DNA of 64,000 nucleotides from Escherichia phage heid. The notes beneath the pieces are model-generated. The model did no database searches, was not told where the DNA came from, and saw nothing but the letters and a program-made list of their open reading frames with translations. Within the stretch, counting starts at the first letter, position 1. Every line of letters starts with the position of its first letter. Shown in pieces: positions 34,904-45,062 of the stretch. The position numbers and the translations under genes are program-made. Where the stretch lies: sequence record MN850577.1; one strand, 5' to 3'.

Positions 34904-36013
34904 TTAGATTTCACGTTTACGCTGAGAGATGAGTTCACCAGCAGTACCGACGATGACATGCAAAGCTTCAGTCTTACCGTCCCATGCTTTCAGCACTTTG
35001 CGTTGGTTATCAACGATTGCTGCAACTTCATAACGAGAGGAACGCATCTTCATATCGTTGTAATCAGTTGGGACAGATACAACATCTCGTGGATGGACAC
35101 GAACCTTCAGGATTGTATCACCTGAGAAGCAACGGACATAATCCCAAGCACCAACATGAAGACCCTGGGAGCAAGTCACATTACGGTTATTATCAACCAT
35201 CCAACGTGGCATTTCTACAATGTTACCCAAGTCATTAGGTACTCTGTATGTGTGGGAGTCAACCAGCTTGCCTTCACGAGTAGAGACTTTCTTCCAACCA
35301 ATGATGTAGCCTTCTTCATCAATCTCAACATCAAGGTGAGATACGAATCCCCAAAGTTGTTCTACAGAATCTTTAGATGGATTTTCCATCAGTTTTTCGA
35401 AGAACATTACAAGGCGTTCAAAACCTTTATCTCCAGTCTTCATCATGTGAAGAATACGGTCAACCAGAGTAGAACGCATCTCAACAGCACCGTAGAATAG
35501 TTTGTCACCTTTGATTGTGATAGCACCCTGAGTGAAGTTTTCGATAGACTTACGAATGTTCATTAGTTCGAAAGCTTTCTTATACTCACCGGATACAACA
35601 GCCATCACGATTTCTTTGTAGTTTGGATGGGTAGATTCAACGATTTCAGAATCTGCACCGAAAGTCATGATAACAGAGTCGCCAGTAATCATGTACTCAA
35701 TCTGGTTGCCATTCTGCATAGCTTCGTGCAGTTTATTTACTGGAGCTTTCTGTACAGCGTCTTTAACGACCTTTTCAACTGGTTTGCCAGCTTTCTTTTT
35801 AAAAGTCTTAGCAACTTGCTTCAAAGTCTTCGTAGCTGGTGTAGAAGTCACCTTCTTCTTCCCTTTTAAGGTTGCTTCATGACGCTCTACAGCACGACCA
35901 ACTGAACGGGTTGAAGTGTTAAATTTCTGTGCAATAGCTGTTTTGGTCAGCTTACCTTCTTTAACCAGTTTGTAAATTTCTGCGTCAATCTGTGCTTTAG
36001 TTTTAGTAGTCAT
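34904..36013 (-). CDS. rIIB: rIIB-like protein (by synteny with rIIA)
   Basis: 369 aa ORF immediately downstream of the rIIA-like gene; basic, HTH-like N-terminus; no motif recognised, call rests on synteny. Confidence 0.4.
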   Translation of the reverse strand: MTTKTKAQIDAEIYKLVKEGKLTKTAIAQKFNTSTRSVGRAVERHEATLKGKKKVTSTPATKTLKQVAKTFKKKAGKPVEKVVKDAVQKAPVNKLHEAMQNGNQIEYMITGDSVIMTFGADSEIVESTHPNYKEIVMAVVSGEYKKAFELMNIRKSIENFTQGAITIKGDKLFYGAVEMRSTLVDRILHMMKTGDKGFERLVMFFEKLMENPSKDSVEQLWGFVSHLDVEIDEEGYIIGWKKVSTREGKLVDSHTYRVPNDLGNIVEMPRWMVDNNRNVTCSQGLHVGAWDYVRCFSGDTILKVRVHPRDVVSVPTDYNDMKMRSSRYEVAAIVDNQRKVLKAWDGKTEALHVIVGTAGELISQRKREI

Positions 36014-36092
36014 CTTATTACTCTCTCTTGTTAGTTAATCAATCAATTTGTGAGGCTATTCTAAGGGGTTTTGAAGCCCCTTGTCAAACACT

Positions 36093-38459
36093 TTAATCGT
36101 AAATTGTAGTCCCTTCTGGAACACACTTCACATCAAAGCCTAAAAACTTACTCACTTCGATAGGTGATACTTTATTCCAATCTAAGTGTGAAAGCAAGAA
36201 GTTTTCTTGTTTTCTTTTTGAAAGATAGTTTGTCACCTTAATAACCATACGGTCACCAGCTTTCTTAATTTTATTGTAAAGCTTTGTATCATTGTCAAGA
36301 CAGTCTTTCAAAGTTTTCAATACACTAATAGTATAAGTGTATGCAAATGGTGCAGCAACGTATTGGATTTTACCGAACATTGCCTCTACAGCCTCTTCAT
36401 TACCTTCTAGGAAGATAGTTTTGTTTGTATCCCGTGAATAGCAATAACCACGAGAAATCTTCCTATTATTGAATGTAAAGTTTCTGGCAATAATCCAGCT
36501 ACTTGTAAGGTCAAGAACACCATTCATGTAGATGCGTGTCATATACCTGTTGTGATTAATCCAATGAACATCAGTTAAGCTGTCGTTCAAGAGCTTCTCA
36601 TCTACTTCAATCCAGTCTTCTGGTATCTTTTTCCAATTTGCTTTTCGGAAAACATAGACTGTCTTTCCAATAACATTAGCAACTGACTTAGCTACATCTT
36701 CTGGGGATGAGCAAAAACATTCACCATCAACTGTGTCACCAATTGCCTTAATGTAAAGCTGAGGTTCTTCAATTGTGTCTAAGTCCTCTGAAACCTCTTT
36801 ATAGGAAGCTACAGATTCTGCTGGAACAGCTTTCCAGAGTTTTACAACACCTCTCACAGCCTCTTTACGCTGATAATGATGCTCCTTATCAGACATTTTC
36901 ACAATCTTTAACAAGCTTTTATCAAGTTTGTGTAGATTGATTAAATCATCTAACTCTTTTTCAGTCGAGAATACAAACACAATACCATTGTATCTGTGGA
37001 ACAGGCCTGACTCGTTAGCGTAGTCTCGACATGCACCACGCAAGATTTGATTTCGTCCTACAGTCTTCTCAGTACCGTTTTTATTGCGACGGTCATTAAT
37101 CACGAACAAAAACTGTTCAATTTGGCTTTTACGCATTGCACCAAAGATATTGAACATACTTGCCTCTTGAGTGTAGGAAAGTGCTGTTGCACGAATCTTA
37201 CTCTCTAAAGAGTTGAACTTGACATAAGCAACTGGGTCATAAAGGTAATCTACTTTAGGGATGTTGTTTCCGTTCCTATCAACCTTAATATTACCTTTAC
37301 CGTCACGTTCATAAATGACTGAGCCGTCTTCTGCGTAGATAATCCCACGACGAATGTTTAGCAATTCTTCTTCCAGAGAATCAAGCTTAACGCCTCCCCA
37401 CTCTAGCTTTGGACACACAGCATTAAACATCTCTCGTGAGTTCAAACGTAACTCAGCATAAGCCTGTGCAGCATCCATGAGTGTAGGTTGGCTATTAACT
37501 TTCTTGATAACATCCTTTGTAATGGCTTCAGTTATCTTTTTAGTAGCCTCAATGATAACATTTTTTGTCGTGTCATTCATCTGCAATGCTTCACGAGAAG
37601 CTGCAATAGCAACTGAACCAATAGGCATGTAGATGTTTACAAGGTCTACGCTCCTACGGAAAAATTCTGGCAATACTTTGAAGAAATCATCACCAAGTAA
37701 TGCTTCCATATTAACAGGGTAGGCAATGTTACCCATCACCACATTAAACTCTGTCCTGTTACCACTAGAACGCCAGCTTTGCTTATGAATCATGGCATCA
37801 TAAACACCTTCTTCACGGGCAATGACGTTCATATCTGCTAATACATCGTCGTACTCAATATTACTTTCTGGTTTTACAGTGAAGTATGAGTACACATTCC
37901 CAGCTTCTTCAAAGAACTTTGAGATACGGTGGTCAGCAACTGCCACACGTACAGCTAAACCATTAGGTTCTTTTGTTGGGTTAGTTGTCAGCTTAGTTAC
38001 TTGAGGGATACCATTCTCAAGGTAAACAGAGTACTTATTAACAACACCATCAACATAGCTAGATACTGTGAATGACTGAGCAATTGCAAATGGTGACTTT
38101 GAGCCGATACCCATTGCACCAATGTAGTCATTGGAGTCATTCTTTGTAGAAGCCCCGTAGTTTAGGTACAAGCTCATAACTTTGTCATGAGTTAATCCAG
38201 TTCCAAAATCACGAACTTCAAAGTAAGGCTCAAAACGAGTAGGTAAATGCACATGGAATGGGATGTTCTCTTTTCCAGCTTCTTTCTGAGCATCTACTGC
38301 GTTACATGACAGTTCACGAATAACTGCCCTTTCTTTAAATGTGTATACACCAGAACTCAAAAGGCTGAACATTTCAGGTGTCATTGTAATCTGTGCTTGA
38401 GACGTCTCTAAAGAAGTTGAACTCTTAATCACTTCTGCGTGGTCGTTTACCATGCGCAT
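36093..38459 (-). CDS. rIIA: rIIA-like protein (GHKL-type ATPase domain)
   Basis: 788 aa; N-terminal GHKL ATPase motifs: N-box RELSCNAVDA, G1 VRDFGTGL, G2 GAMGIGSKS; size and adjacent rIIB-like gene fit T4-type rIIA. Confidence 0.65.
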   Translation of the reverse strand: MRMVNDHAEVIKSSTSLETSQAQITMTPEMFSLLSSGVYTFKERAVIRELSCNAVDAQKEAGKENIPFHVHLPTRFEPYFEVRDFGTGLTHDKVMSLYLNYGASTKNDSNDYIGAMGIGSKSPFAIAQSFTVSSYVDGVVNKYSVYLENGIPQVTKLTTNPTKEPNGLAVRVAVADHRISKFFEEAGNVYSYFTVKPESNIEYDDVLADMNVIAREEGVYDAMIHKQSWRSSGNRTEFNVVMGNIAYPVNMEALLGDDFFKVLPEFFRRSVDLVNIYMPIGSVAIAASREALQMNDTTKNVIIEATKKITEAITKDVIKKVNSQPTLMDAAQAYAELRLNSREMFNAVCPKLEWGGVKLDSLEEELLNIRRGIIYAEDGSVIYERDGKGNIKVDRNGNNIPKVDYLYDPVAYVKFNSLESKIRATALSYTQEASMFNIFGAMRKSQIEQFLFVINDRRNKNGTEKTVGRNQILRGACRDYANESGLFHRYNGIVFVFSTEKELDDLINLHKLDKSLLKIVKMSDKEHHYQRKEAVRGVVKLWKAVPAESVASYKEVSEDLDTIEEPQLYIKAIGDTVDGECFCSSPEDVAKSVANVIGKTVYVFRKANWKKIPEDWIEVDEKLLNDSLTDVHWINHNRYMTRIYMNGVLDLTSSWIIARNFTFNNRKISRGYCYSRDTNKTIFLEGNEEAVEAMFGKIQYVAAPFAYTYTISVLKTLKDCLDNDTKLYNKIKKAGDRMVIKVTNYLSKRKQENFLLSHLDWNKVSPIEVSKFLGFDVKCVPEGTTIYD

Positions 38460-38645
38460 AATACTTTCCTCTCAGTTTACTGTTAAATTACTTATTAAAC
38501 ATTTTACCAGAACCACCACACATAGGGCAACATCCTGCCCTTATGTACCCCTCTCCATTACAGTAGTCACATTTTTTGTGCTCTGCAAAGTACTTGCAAA
38601 GGAGGTAGACAAATACTGCTACACAACCAAGTGACAGTAAAATTT

Positions 38646-38981
38646 CTATCCAATATGCTTGCATGACTCACCTCTCATATTCTTGTAAAGGATAAAGCTT
38701 CTGTCATGGACGATACTTGTAGACACTGCAAAGTTACTTTCAAGCATCTGTTTGTTTGGATTGTAGAAGCTTTCTTTAAACTCGTCAAGTGCAAATTGGT
38801 GATTATCTGGAAGACCTTTTACACAGACCTTTATTGTAATTGCTGCTGCGACCTTGCCAGTCAGTTCTTCTTTAGCTGCTACTAAAATTTTGTTAAGAAA
38901 CTTATGGCCATCTTCAGGCTTCTTGATGTTCTCCCAACGTTCTTCTAAGACAATGTTGATGTTCATCTCTTTGATTTTCAT
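38646..38981 (-). CDS. hypothetical protein
   Basis: 111 aa ORF between the NAMPT-like gene and the rIIA-like gene. Confidence 0.45.
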   Translation of the reverse strand: MKIKEMNINIVLEERWENIKKPEDGHKFLNKILVAAKEELTGKVAAAITIKVCVKGLPDNHQFALDEFKESFYNPNKQMLESNFAVSTSIVHDRSFILYKNMRGESCKHIG

Positions 38982-38996
38982 AGTTTTCTCCAGAAA

Positions 38997-39021
38997 TTAA
39001 AAAGGCTCCCGTAGGAGCCTC
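38997..39021 (-). terminator. intrinsic terminator after the NAMPT-family gene
   Basis: Minus strand GGCTCC-TACG-GGAGCC followed by TTTTTAATTT. Confidence 0.6.
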
Positions 39022-39034
39022 TTATCATATACTT

Positions 39035-40816
39035 TTAAAGCTGCTTGTCAATATTATTTCGAATATCACCAAGAGTTGTGTAACCAAACTGCTCAGAGTC
39101 ACTAAAGACTAAACGTAAAGCACAAGCTGGGTGGTCAAGTACATCTGCAAAACTCTGGAATCCATAGCCATCTACAGCTTTCAGCTTACCACCATCCCAC
39201 ATAGGTGCTACACCACCAAAGGCAGATTTCTTAACACCACTATCTGTTTTAGGGTCTTTTGCAAGCATAATCTCTTTACCACCAATGCTTGCAAGAGTTG
39301 CTTTGACAGCAAATGCAAAGGTGTCACGAGTCATGTACTGGTAAGTGTAAGAACCTACGCCAAACACTACGTTAGAGCTTGCAAAACCCATTTCATACAG
39401 ACGCTTCAGGATTTCGTTTGCACGTTCCAGCGTGATAGAGTCACCATAGATAAGTCCGATATGCTCATCCAGTACCTTAAACCCTTTAGAGTTAATAGTT
39501 CCCCCAAAGATGTTGTACAGTGTCTTAATAGCTCCATCAATCTCAGCTACAGGACGTGTTACAACGTTTGCAGAACCAACCATATAAGCGTTTTTCAACA
39601 GCACTGTATCAGCAACTTCAAAGTCTTCTCTGTCAACAACCATTTCGTAGCCTTCTGACAGTAGCCATCCAGCAATACCATAATTGATGTTTTCAAGCTT
39701 CATGTTCAGAACAGCATTCAACATTGTGTCACTGGCTTCAAGCTTGCTTAAGTGTTCGTAATAAGCCTTTTTAGCACACTCTAAGTGGATTGCTTTATAA
39801 CCTGTGACAATATGTACAGGGTCTCCAGAGTCAGGACGAATTACCAGTTTACCGTCACGTCCCATAATCTCTTTGCGAAGTGCTGGTAAGATTTCTGACA
39901 CAGTTCTCCAGAAGTTATAAGTGTCTGAAACAACACTTGCAATACCAGTTGGGTAAGTTTCTGTTAAGAAACGACGGAAGGTTTGTAACTCACCTTTAAA
40001 GCGTCTTTCTTCTTCAATCAACTCATTACCACCTTCCCAAGCAATGTTTGCACACATTACAGAGTGCTCAGTGGCTGGTACAGAGCTACCAATATCAGAG
40101 ATTGGGTAGGACTGTCCATAGATTCGTTTAGCCGTATACACAGCAGGGAAGCTATCAGTTCCTTTAAAGCTGGTTAAGTGGCCTACAGCGTTAAATGCGT
40201 CATCAGTAAAGCCGGACATACCACGCATAGCAAAGTCATGGCACTGATAAGGCAAATGCAAGTCGTTGTCACAAGTAAGGTCAGCCCACTTCTTACAGAT
40301 ACGTTTGTAGTGCAATGCAATAGTTGCAATGGTACAAGCCTTCCAAATCTCAGCAGAGAAAGCATCTTCCAGATAACCTGCTACCCAATGGAAACCTGAA
40401 ACAGTGTTCTGGAAAACAATCATTGGGACACGCATAGGGACAACTGTACCTTCTTCTACAGCGTATACTTCAACTGGTAGATAACCTAAGTCGTGAAGTG
40501 CTTCCCAATGCTCTCGACTGATAGCATCTTTACCCAGAACACCATTCATGACTTCTAAGATTTCATCAATGGCTTCTTTTTTATCACGTTCAAAGAAAGT
40601 GGCGTTCCAGTGGTCTATCAAGTAATCTTTAACGAAACGTTGAATACCAAAAGCTACTACACCATCAATTGCTAAGGGGCTGTTAAACCATTTGTCACTA
40701 CGTGGTGTCAGGTTGAACATCAAGTACTCTGTTGCACTAGGGTACTGGTAAACATGACCAGATTTGTAAGCATCTGCGTTTAAACCTGCTGGTACTGCAT
40801 AAAGTGATTTAGTCAT
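39035..40816 (-). CDS. nicotinamide phosphoribosyltransferase family protein (NadV/Namat-like)
   Basis: 593 aa; N-terminal NADAYKSGHVYQYP matches the NAMPT signature (DSYK..H..QYP); adjacent to a Prs-like gene. Confidence 0.7.
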   Translation of the reverse strand: MTKSLYAVPAGLNADAYKSGHVYQYPSATEYLMFNLTPRSDKWFNSPLAIDGVVAFGIQRFVKDYLIDHWNATFFERDKKEAIDEILEVMNGVLGKDAISREHWEALHDLGYLPVEVYAVEEGTVVPMRVPMIVFQNTVSGFHWVAGYLEDAFSAEIWKACTIATIALHYKRICKKWADLTCDNDLHLPYQCHDFAMRGMSGFTDDAFNAVGHLTSFKGTDSFPAVYTAKRIYGQSYPISDIGSSVPATEHSVMCANIAWEGGNELIEEERRFKGELQTFRRFLTETYPTGIASVVSDTYNFWRTVSEILPALRKEIMGRDGKLVIRPDSGDPVHIVTGYKAIHLECAKKAYYEHLSKLEASDTMLNAVLNMKLENINYGIAGWLLSEGYEMVVDREDFEVADTVLLKNAYMVGSANVVTRPVAEIDGAIKTLYNIFGGTINSKGFKVLDEHIGLIYGDSITLERANEILKRLYEMGFASSNVVFGVGSYTYQYMTRDTFAFAVKATLASIGGKEIMLAKDPKTDSGVKKSAFGGVAPMWDGGKLKAVDGYGFQSFADVLDHPACALRLVFSDSEQFGYTTLGDIRNNIDKQL

Positions 40817-40861
40817 CTTTTAATCTCTCTCAAAATGGGGCTTTTAAGCCCCTATAAACTT

Positions 40862-41758
40862 TCAATCAAGGTTTGCTACAGTAACTTGACTGTAATGTGT
40901 TAAGCCACGGTCTTTAGCTTCGCCTAAAGAGTTTGTAGTGTAAATATGGTCGATACCATTGTCAAGAAGGTTTTCAACATCTTTAGAGAAGATACCATGT
41001 GTTACATAAAGTTCCACACGTTTTGCACCTGCTTCACGAAGATGCTTCGCTGCTTCTATGAAGGTTCGACCACCATCACAGATATCATCCAGAATCATGA
41101 CGGTTTTATCTGTCAAATCAACATCATCAAGGATTCGCATACCAGTAATTTCACCAGTCTTAAGGTTACGCACTTTAGACATTGTGATGTATGGTTTATC
41201 CACCTCTTTAGCAGTCTCTGCAATCTTCTTAGCAGCACCTGCATCTGGGGCTACTAAGTAATCAATCAGTGGGTCATTTGCATAGTGGACTGCAATTTCC
41301 TTTTGAGGAATACTCTGGAAGCAGTTAAACAGGTTATCTGGTACATAGCTGTGAGGGTCAACTGCACAGACTGCATCAAAACCCATTGCATTAACCTGTT
41401 GTGCAAACACTTTCAAAGCTGCTGCATCACCTTTAAACATGTGACGGTCGTAACGTGCATTTGGCAAATAGTAAAAGATAGCAGTCTTCATAGCAAACTT
41501 ATGAGGTACTAAATCATCAATTGCTTCTTTAGCAAGTGCCACAGCAAACAATGTGTCCTTATCATAACCTTTTACAATCATAATCACATTGTTGATAGAT
41601 GATGCTGCATAAGCAGTAAAATCAACAAACTCTGGCGAAAAGTGTCCACCAATCTCACCAGAAGGGAATTGGACGATGTTAAACTCTTCTTCATGAGTCC
41701 CTTTAGTTGGTGAATGAACTGTAACACGGATAGATGTTTTCATAGTTTTCTCTCTCAA
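40862..41758 (-). CDS. ribose-phosphate pyrophosphokinase (Prs) family protein; candidate ADP-ribose pyrophosphokinase (Adps-like)
   Basis: 298 aa; phosphoribosyltransferase-type PRPP-binding motif VMILDDICDGGRT and C-terminal VTHGIFS, as in Prs. Confidence 0.6.
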   Translation of the reverse strand: MREKTMKTSIRVTVHSPTKGTHEEEFNIVQFPSGEIGGHFSPEFVDFTAYAASSINNVIMIVKGYDKDTLFAVALAKEAIDDLVPHKFAMKTAIFYYLPNARYDRHMFKGDAAALKVFAQQVNAMGFDAVCAVDPHSYVPDNLFNCFQSIPQKEIAVHYANDPLIDYLVAPDAGAAKKIAETAKEVDKPYITMSKVRNLKTGEITGMRILDDVDLTDKTVMILDDICDGGRTFIEAAKHLREAGAKRVELYVTHGIFSKDVENLLDNGIDHIYTTNSLGEAKDRGLTHYSQVTVANLD

Positions 41759-42033
41759 TCAAAAGTTACGTTTGTTACTGCCATTGCAGATTTGCATTTT
41801 GCAGGGTCTACAACGTGATAAAGTACACTACAGTTACCTGTGCTGTCTGGTACAGGCTTTACCCATTGCTGCTTTATAGTTGGCTCTCCTAAGTCTTTGT
41901 AAGAGCCATCTGTAAAGTTGTTTACCATCTCAAGTGCAATTGGTTCTGGAACATGACCACGTATCATGTACATCTCACAACCATTACCACCTTCACTGAC
42001 TAATGGTAAAATCTCCCACTTCTCTTTAGCCAT
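41755..42033 (-). CDS. hypothetical protein
   Basis: 92 aa ORF, overlap-coupled to the Prs-like gene. Confidence 0.4.
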   Translation of the reverse strand: MAKEKWEILPLVSEGGNGCEMYMIRGHVPEPIALEMVNNFTDGSYKDLGEPTIKQQWVKPVPDSTGNCSVLYHVVDPAKCKSAMAVTNVTFD

Positions 42034-42541
42034 TATAAGTTGCCCTATAAACTGTCTCGAACTTCAACAGGAGAGATATTGCCAAATCTGTATAGTTGTT
42101 GTCAAGCACATCTGGCATATTGTTTTTGATATATTTCTCTTGCTCTTCATAGGTCATCTTAGGTGTACTTAGGAGGCTATCTCCTTGCTTCTGGTTATCA
42201 GCTTTAGTTTGGATAAACCAGTTTGCACAGTGATGTTCACCACCTTTTGTAACAGGTTTGTGGTGACCTAATGTAAATGTTTGCTTACCCGTATACCTGC
42301 AAAGATTGTTCAGTGTTGCAATGGTGTTCTTCACAACACACCATTCATACAGGTTATCTATTGTGTAGTGTGGGTAATAACGGACAAGTGCTCTTTCACG
42401 GAAGTTATCACGATTCCAAAGAACCATGTGATTAGAATTTGAAGGGTCATATTTGTGGGAGTCTATAAACTCTTGACGCTCATCAAAGCTGAGTCTTAGA
42501 ACTGACATTGCAACCGAACGTTTCAGGTTTGACAGATACAT
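42026..42541 (-). CDS. HNH-like endonuclease candidate
   Basis: 171 aa; LGHHKPVTKGGEHHCANWF has the H-H...N arrangement typical of HNH nucleases. Confidence 0.4.
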   Translation of the reverse strand: MYLSNLKRSVAMSVLRLSFDERQEFIDSHKYDPSNSNHMVLWNRDNFRERALVRYYPHYTIDNLYEWCVVKNTIATLNNLCRYTGKQTFTLGHHKPVTKGGEHHCANWFIQTKADNQKQGDSLLSTPKMTYEEQEKYIKNNMPDVLDNNYTDLAISLLLKFETVYRATYNG

Positions 42542-42592
42542 TTTACCTCCAAAATAAAAAGGGAACCTTTACAGTCCCCTTATAGTATCTGT

Positions 42593-42913
42593 TTACTGAG
42601 CTACTTTCAAGATGCTTGTGAATGAAATCTCACTCTCATCCATAAACTCTTTTGCTTCTCCAGTAACTTTCACAAAGTTATCTAGGCAGATAATCTTCTT
42701 ATCTTTCTTGCTGTAGGTTAGCTTAACCTTTTCAATATCTTTCTTAGAGCTTTTCTCTTCATTAAAGAGTTTTACAGCTTCTTTGAATGGGAGGTATGAG
42801 CCATCATCATCGCTAATAAAACCTGTACCACAATAGTAGAAGTTGTATTCTTTAGCCATAAACTGGCACAGTACGAAAATCTGTAATTTACGAGTGTTAT
42901 AAACTTTGCTCAT
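42593..42913 (-). CDS. hypothetical protein
   Basis: 106 aa ORF. Confidence 0.4.
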   Translation of the reverse strand: MSKVYNTRKLQIFVLCQFMAKEYNFYYCGTGFISDDDGSYLPFKEAVKLFNEEKSSKKDIEKVKLTYSKKDKKIICLDNFVKVTGEAKEFMDESEISFTSILKVAQ

Positions 42914-42915
42914 GG

Positions 42916-43182
42916 TTATTTAACCTTCTTGTTACGTTTACGGTTACGAGCTTTCTTAGCTGCTCGTTTAATAGCTGCTGCACCAGATTGGCGGTGGGCT
43001 TGTTTCTTACCACCTTTACCACGTCCTACGTAGATGTAAGGCTGCTGTTCAATTTGGCTTGCAAGAACCTGTGCAACCGCTGAAGCATCTACACCGACCT
43101 GCTTTCCAGTCATAGAAACAATTGCTGCTGCTTTTTCCAGTGCCTTCAAGAATCCAGCTTTCATATTACCTAAAATTCCCAT
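42916..43182 (-). CDS. small basic protein (possible nucleic-acid-binding)
   Basis: 88 aa; Lys/Arg-rich C-terminus (KRAAKKARNRKRNKKVK). Confidence 0.4.
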   Translation of the reverse strand: MGILGNMKAGFLKALEKAAAIVSMTGKQVGVDASAVAQVLASQIEQQPYIYVGRGKGGKKQAHRQSGAAAIKRAAKKARNRKRNKKVK

Positions 43183-43278
43183 TTTTAGTCTCTCTCATTA
43201 AAGTTTAATACAGAACTTATGAAGTTCTTCTTCAGTGATACCAATTGGAGTTATACCTTAGTCCATTTGCCAGAATAA

Positions 43279-43764
43279 TCACTCTGCTCTCCACTGACAA
43301 TCACCTTGCCATCCGTACTCTTTTCTCCAGAGGTTTTGGTTATCTGAACCACGATACGGTTTAACTGTTGGTTTAGATGAATCATACTTACCATCAATCA
43401 CCACGTCAACATATTTCATCACATCAAGGTGAATTTTTTCATGTAACTGAAAACCTGTCCAGAGCCAGATAGATTTTTCTGGGTAAACGGTTTTAATACG
43501 TTTGCATATGTTGGTAACCTCTTGAATGTTTCTATCATCCAGAGGTTCTCCACCAAGTATTGACAGCCCACTGATGGCATTATCATCCATTAACTTAATG
43601 ATGCCATAAAGGTTTGCATAAGTGAACTCTTTACCAGCATTAAACTTCCAAGATTCCTTATTAAAGCAACCTTCACAGTGATGCTTACAACCAGCTATGA
43701 AGAGGCTTACACGAACCCCTTCACCATTAGCTGTGTCAAATGGTCGAATCTCCATGTAATTCAT
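43279..43764 (-). CDS. nrdG: anaerobic ribonucleotide reductase activating protein (radical SAM)
   Basis: 161 aa; CxxxCxxC radical-SAM cluster motif (CKHHCEGC); small size and position near nrdD. Confidence 0.7.
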   Translation of the reverse strand: MNYMEIRPFDTANGEGVRVSLFIAGCKHHCEGCFNKESWKFNAGKEFTYANLYGIIKLMDDNAISGLSILGGEPLDDRNIQEVTNICKRIKTVYPEKSIWLWTGFQLHEKIHLDVMKYVDVVIDGKYDSSKPTVKPYRGSDNQNLWRKEYGWQGDCQWRAE

Positions 43765-43773
43765 CTAGTTACC

Positions 43774-44073
43774 TCACCAATACATATAAGTGTTCTTAGC
43801 GGATTTCTTTGGAGACTTGCTATCAATATCAAAATCTTCATCTAAGAAGGATGTCTTAGAAAGCTGCCTTATTTGTGTTCTTGTAAGACGTTTAGTGGCC
43901 TTCTTAATCTCTCTACAAGGCTGGCTTGTGAAGTCGTAAGAGCCACCTTTTCTAGACATCATATCAGAGTGGTAGTAGACCTCTGAAGCATTTTCTCTGT
44001 TACGTACCTCATTTCTCCACTCATAAAGTCCATGAACGTTCTTTAAACCTTTTCTTCGAATTGTTTTACTCAT
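43774..44073 (-). CDS. hypothetical protein
   Basis: 99 aa ORF. Confidence 0.4.
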   Translation of the reverse strand: MSKTIRRKGLKNVHGLYEWRNEVRNRENASEVYYHSDMMSRKGGSYDFTSQPCREIKKATKRLTRTQIRQLSKTSFLDEDFDIDSKSPKKSAKNTYMYW

Positions 44074-44465
44074 TCAAATACCACCTGACAAGGAACCTGT
44101 TTAGTAATAAATTCTTCACAGTGCTCTTTAATGAAGTTTTGTAATGGTACACAATCTTGTGCGCAAGTCATTAGCATAATGTACTCTGGGTTCATGATGT
44201 TTTCAAGGGTGTAGAAGACAACATCATCAGACAGCTCGTGACCATCTTCTTCAGACCAAGTTCCAGAGACTACAGCTAGTTTATCAAGTAATTCATTAGG
44301 CAATACTACACCATCTTCTACAGAATCACTTAGAACATTGTCACCAATATACAATGTGAAGTTCGTATGGAATGTTGAGTACCTTACGTGATTCTTTTCA
44401 CAAGAGCCACACTCTGAGGCATAATCTTTAATCCACTCTAACTGTTTTTGGTTCAACTTAATCAT
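44070..44465 (-). CDS. hypothetical protein
   Basis: 131 aa ORF, overlap-coupled. Confidence 0.4.
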   Translation of the reverse strand: MIKLNQKQLEWIKDYASECGSCEKNHVRYSTFHTNFTLYIGDNVLSDSVEDGVVLPNELLDKLAVVSGTWSEEDGHELSDDVVFYTLENIMNPEYIMLMTCAQDCVPLQNFIKEHCEEFITKQVPCQVVFE

Positions 44466-44677
44466 AATTTCACCTTAGTTGGTAATGCACTGAATGCTAT
44501 AGCTAACCCTAAAAATGGTTTGAAGCATGACCATAAATCCATCTGACCATGATATGAGAAACTCCATTGTGGGTCTGAAAATCCCCATACCATAACACTA
44601 ACACCAAAAAAGAAGACTGCTATATGTAGTATGGGTATCAATACTTTTAAGAGTGTTGTCATTGTTAATTCCACCAT
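44462..44677 (-). CDS. small membrane protein
   Basis: 71 aa with two hydrophobic helices. Confidence 0.35.
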   Translation of the reverse strand: MVELTMTTLLKVLIPILHIAVFFFGVSVMVWGFSDPQWSFSYHGQMDLWSCFKPFLGLAIAFSALPTKVKL

Positions 44678-45051
44678 ATAGTTTTACCATTATCACATGT
44701 GTAAAGATACTCTACAGAAGTTTGTGGGACAAGTATAGTGGTGCTACCACTAAGTACACTCACAAAATGAGTAACCTCACGATGCTGATGAGTTTTTACA
44801 CAATTGTTTGCCTCCATCCATATCACAGTTTTGTATGAATAGAACACAGCCAAGACACAAAGTGTAATAACTCCAACTATCATGGTAAACTCAGGCAAAA
44901 AATCTGACTGTATGATGTCTCTAAATCGCATTATTCCAAGAATAAATAAGATTATCAGACATACAATCCCACAAACTGCTACATAAAGCCACAAGTCCAT
45001 AATGTAACTCCAAATAAAAAGGTGATGTAAGCCTATCAAGACCCACACCAC
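44665..45051 (-). CDS. membrane protein
   Basis: 128 aa with multiple hydrophobic segments (LYVAVCGIVCLIILFILGI; IVGVITLCVLAVFY). Confidence 0.4.
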   Translation of the reverse strand: MVWVLIGLHHLFIWSYIMDLWLYVAVCGIVCLIILFILGIMRFRDIIQSDFLPEFTMIVGVITLCVLAVFYSYKTVIWMEANNCVKTHQHREVTHFVSVLSGSTTILVPQTSVEYLYTCDNGKTIWWN

Positions 45052-45062
45052 CTTGTCAAGTT

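Noticed and set aside
34826-35500. Plus-strand ORF calls (99, 84, 114 aa)
   Set aside because: Antisense to the rIIB-like gene; the first one spans the terminator hairpin
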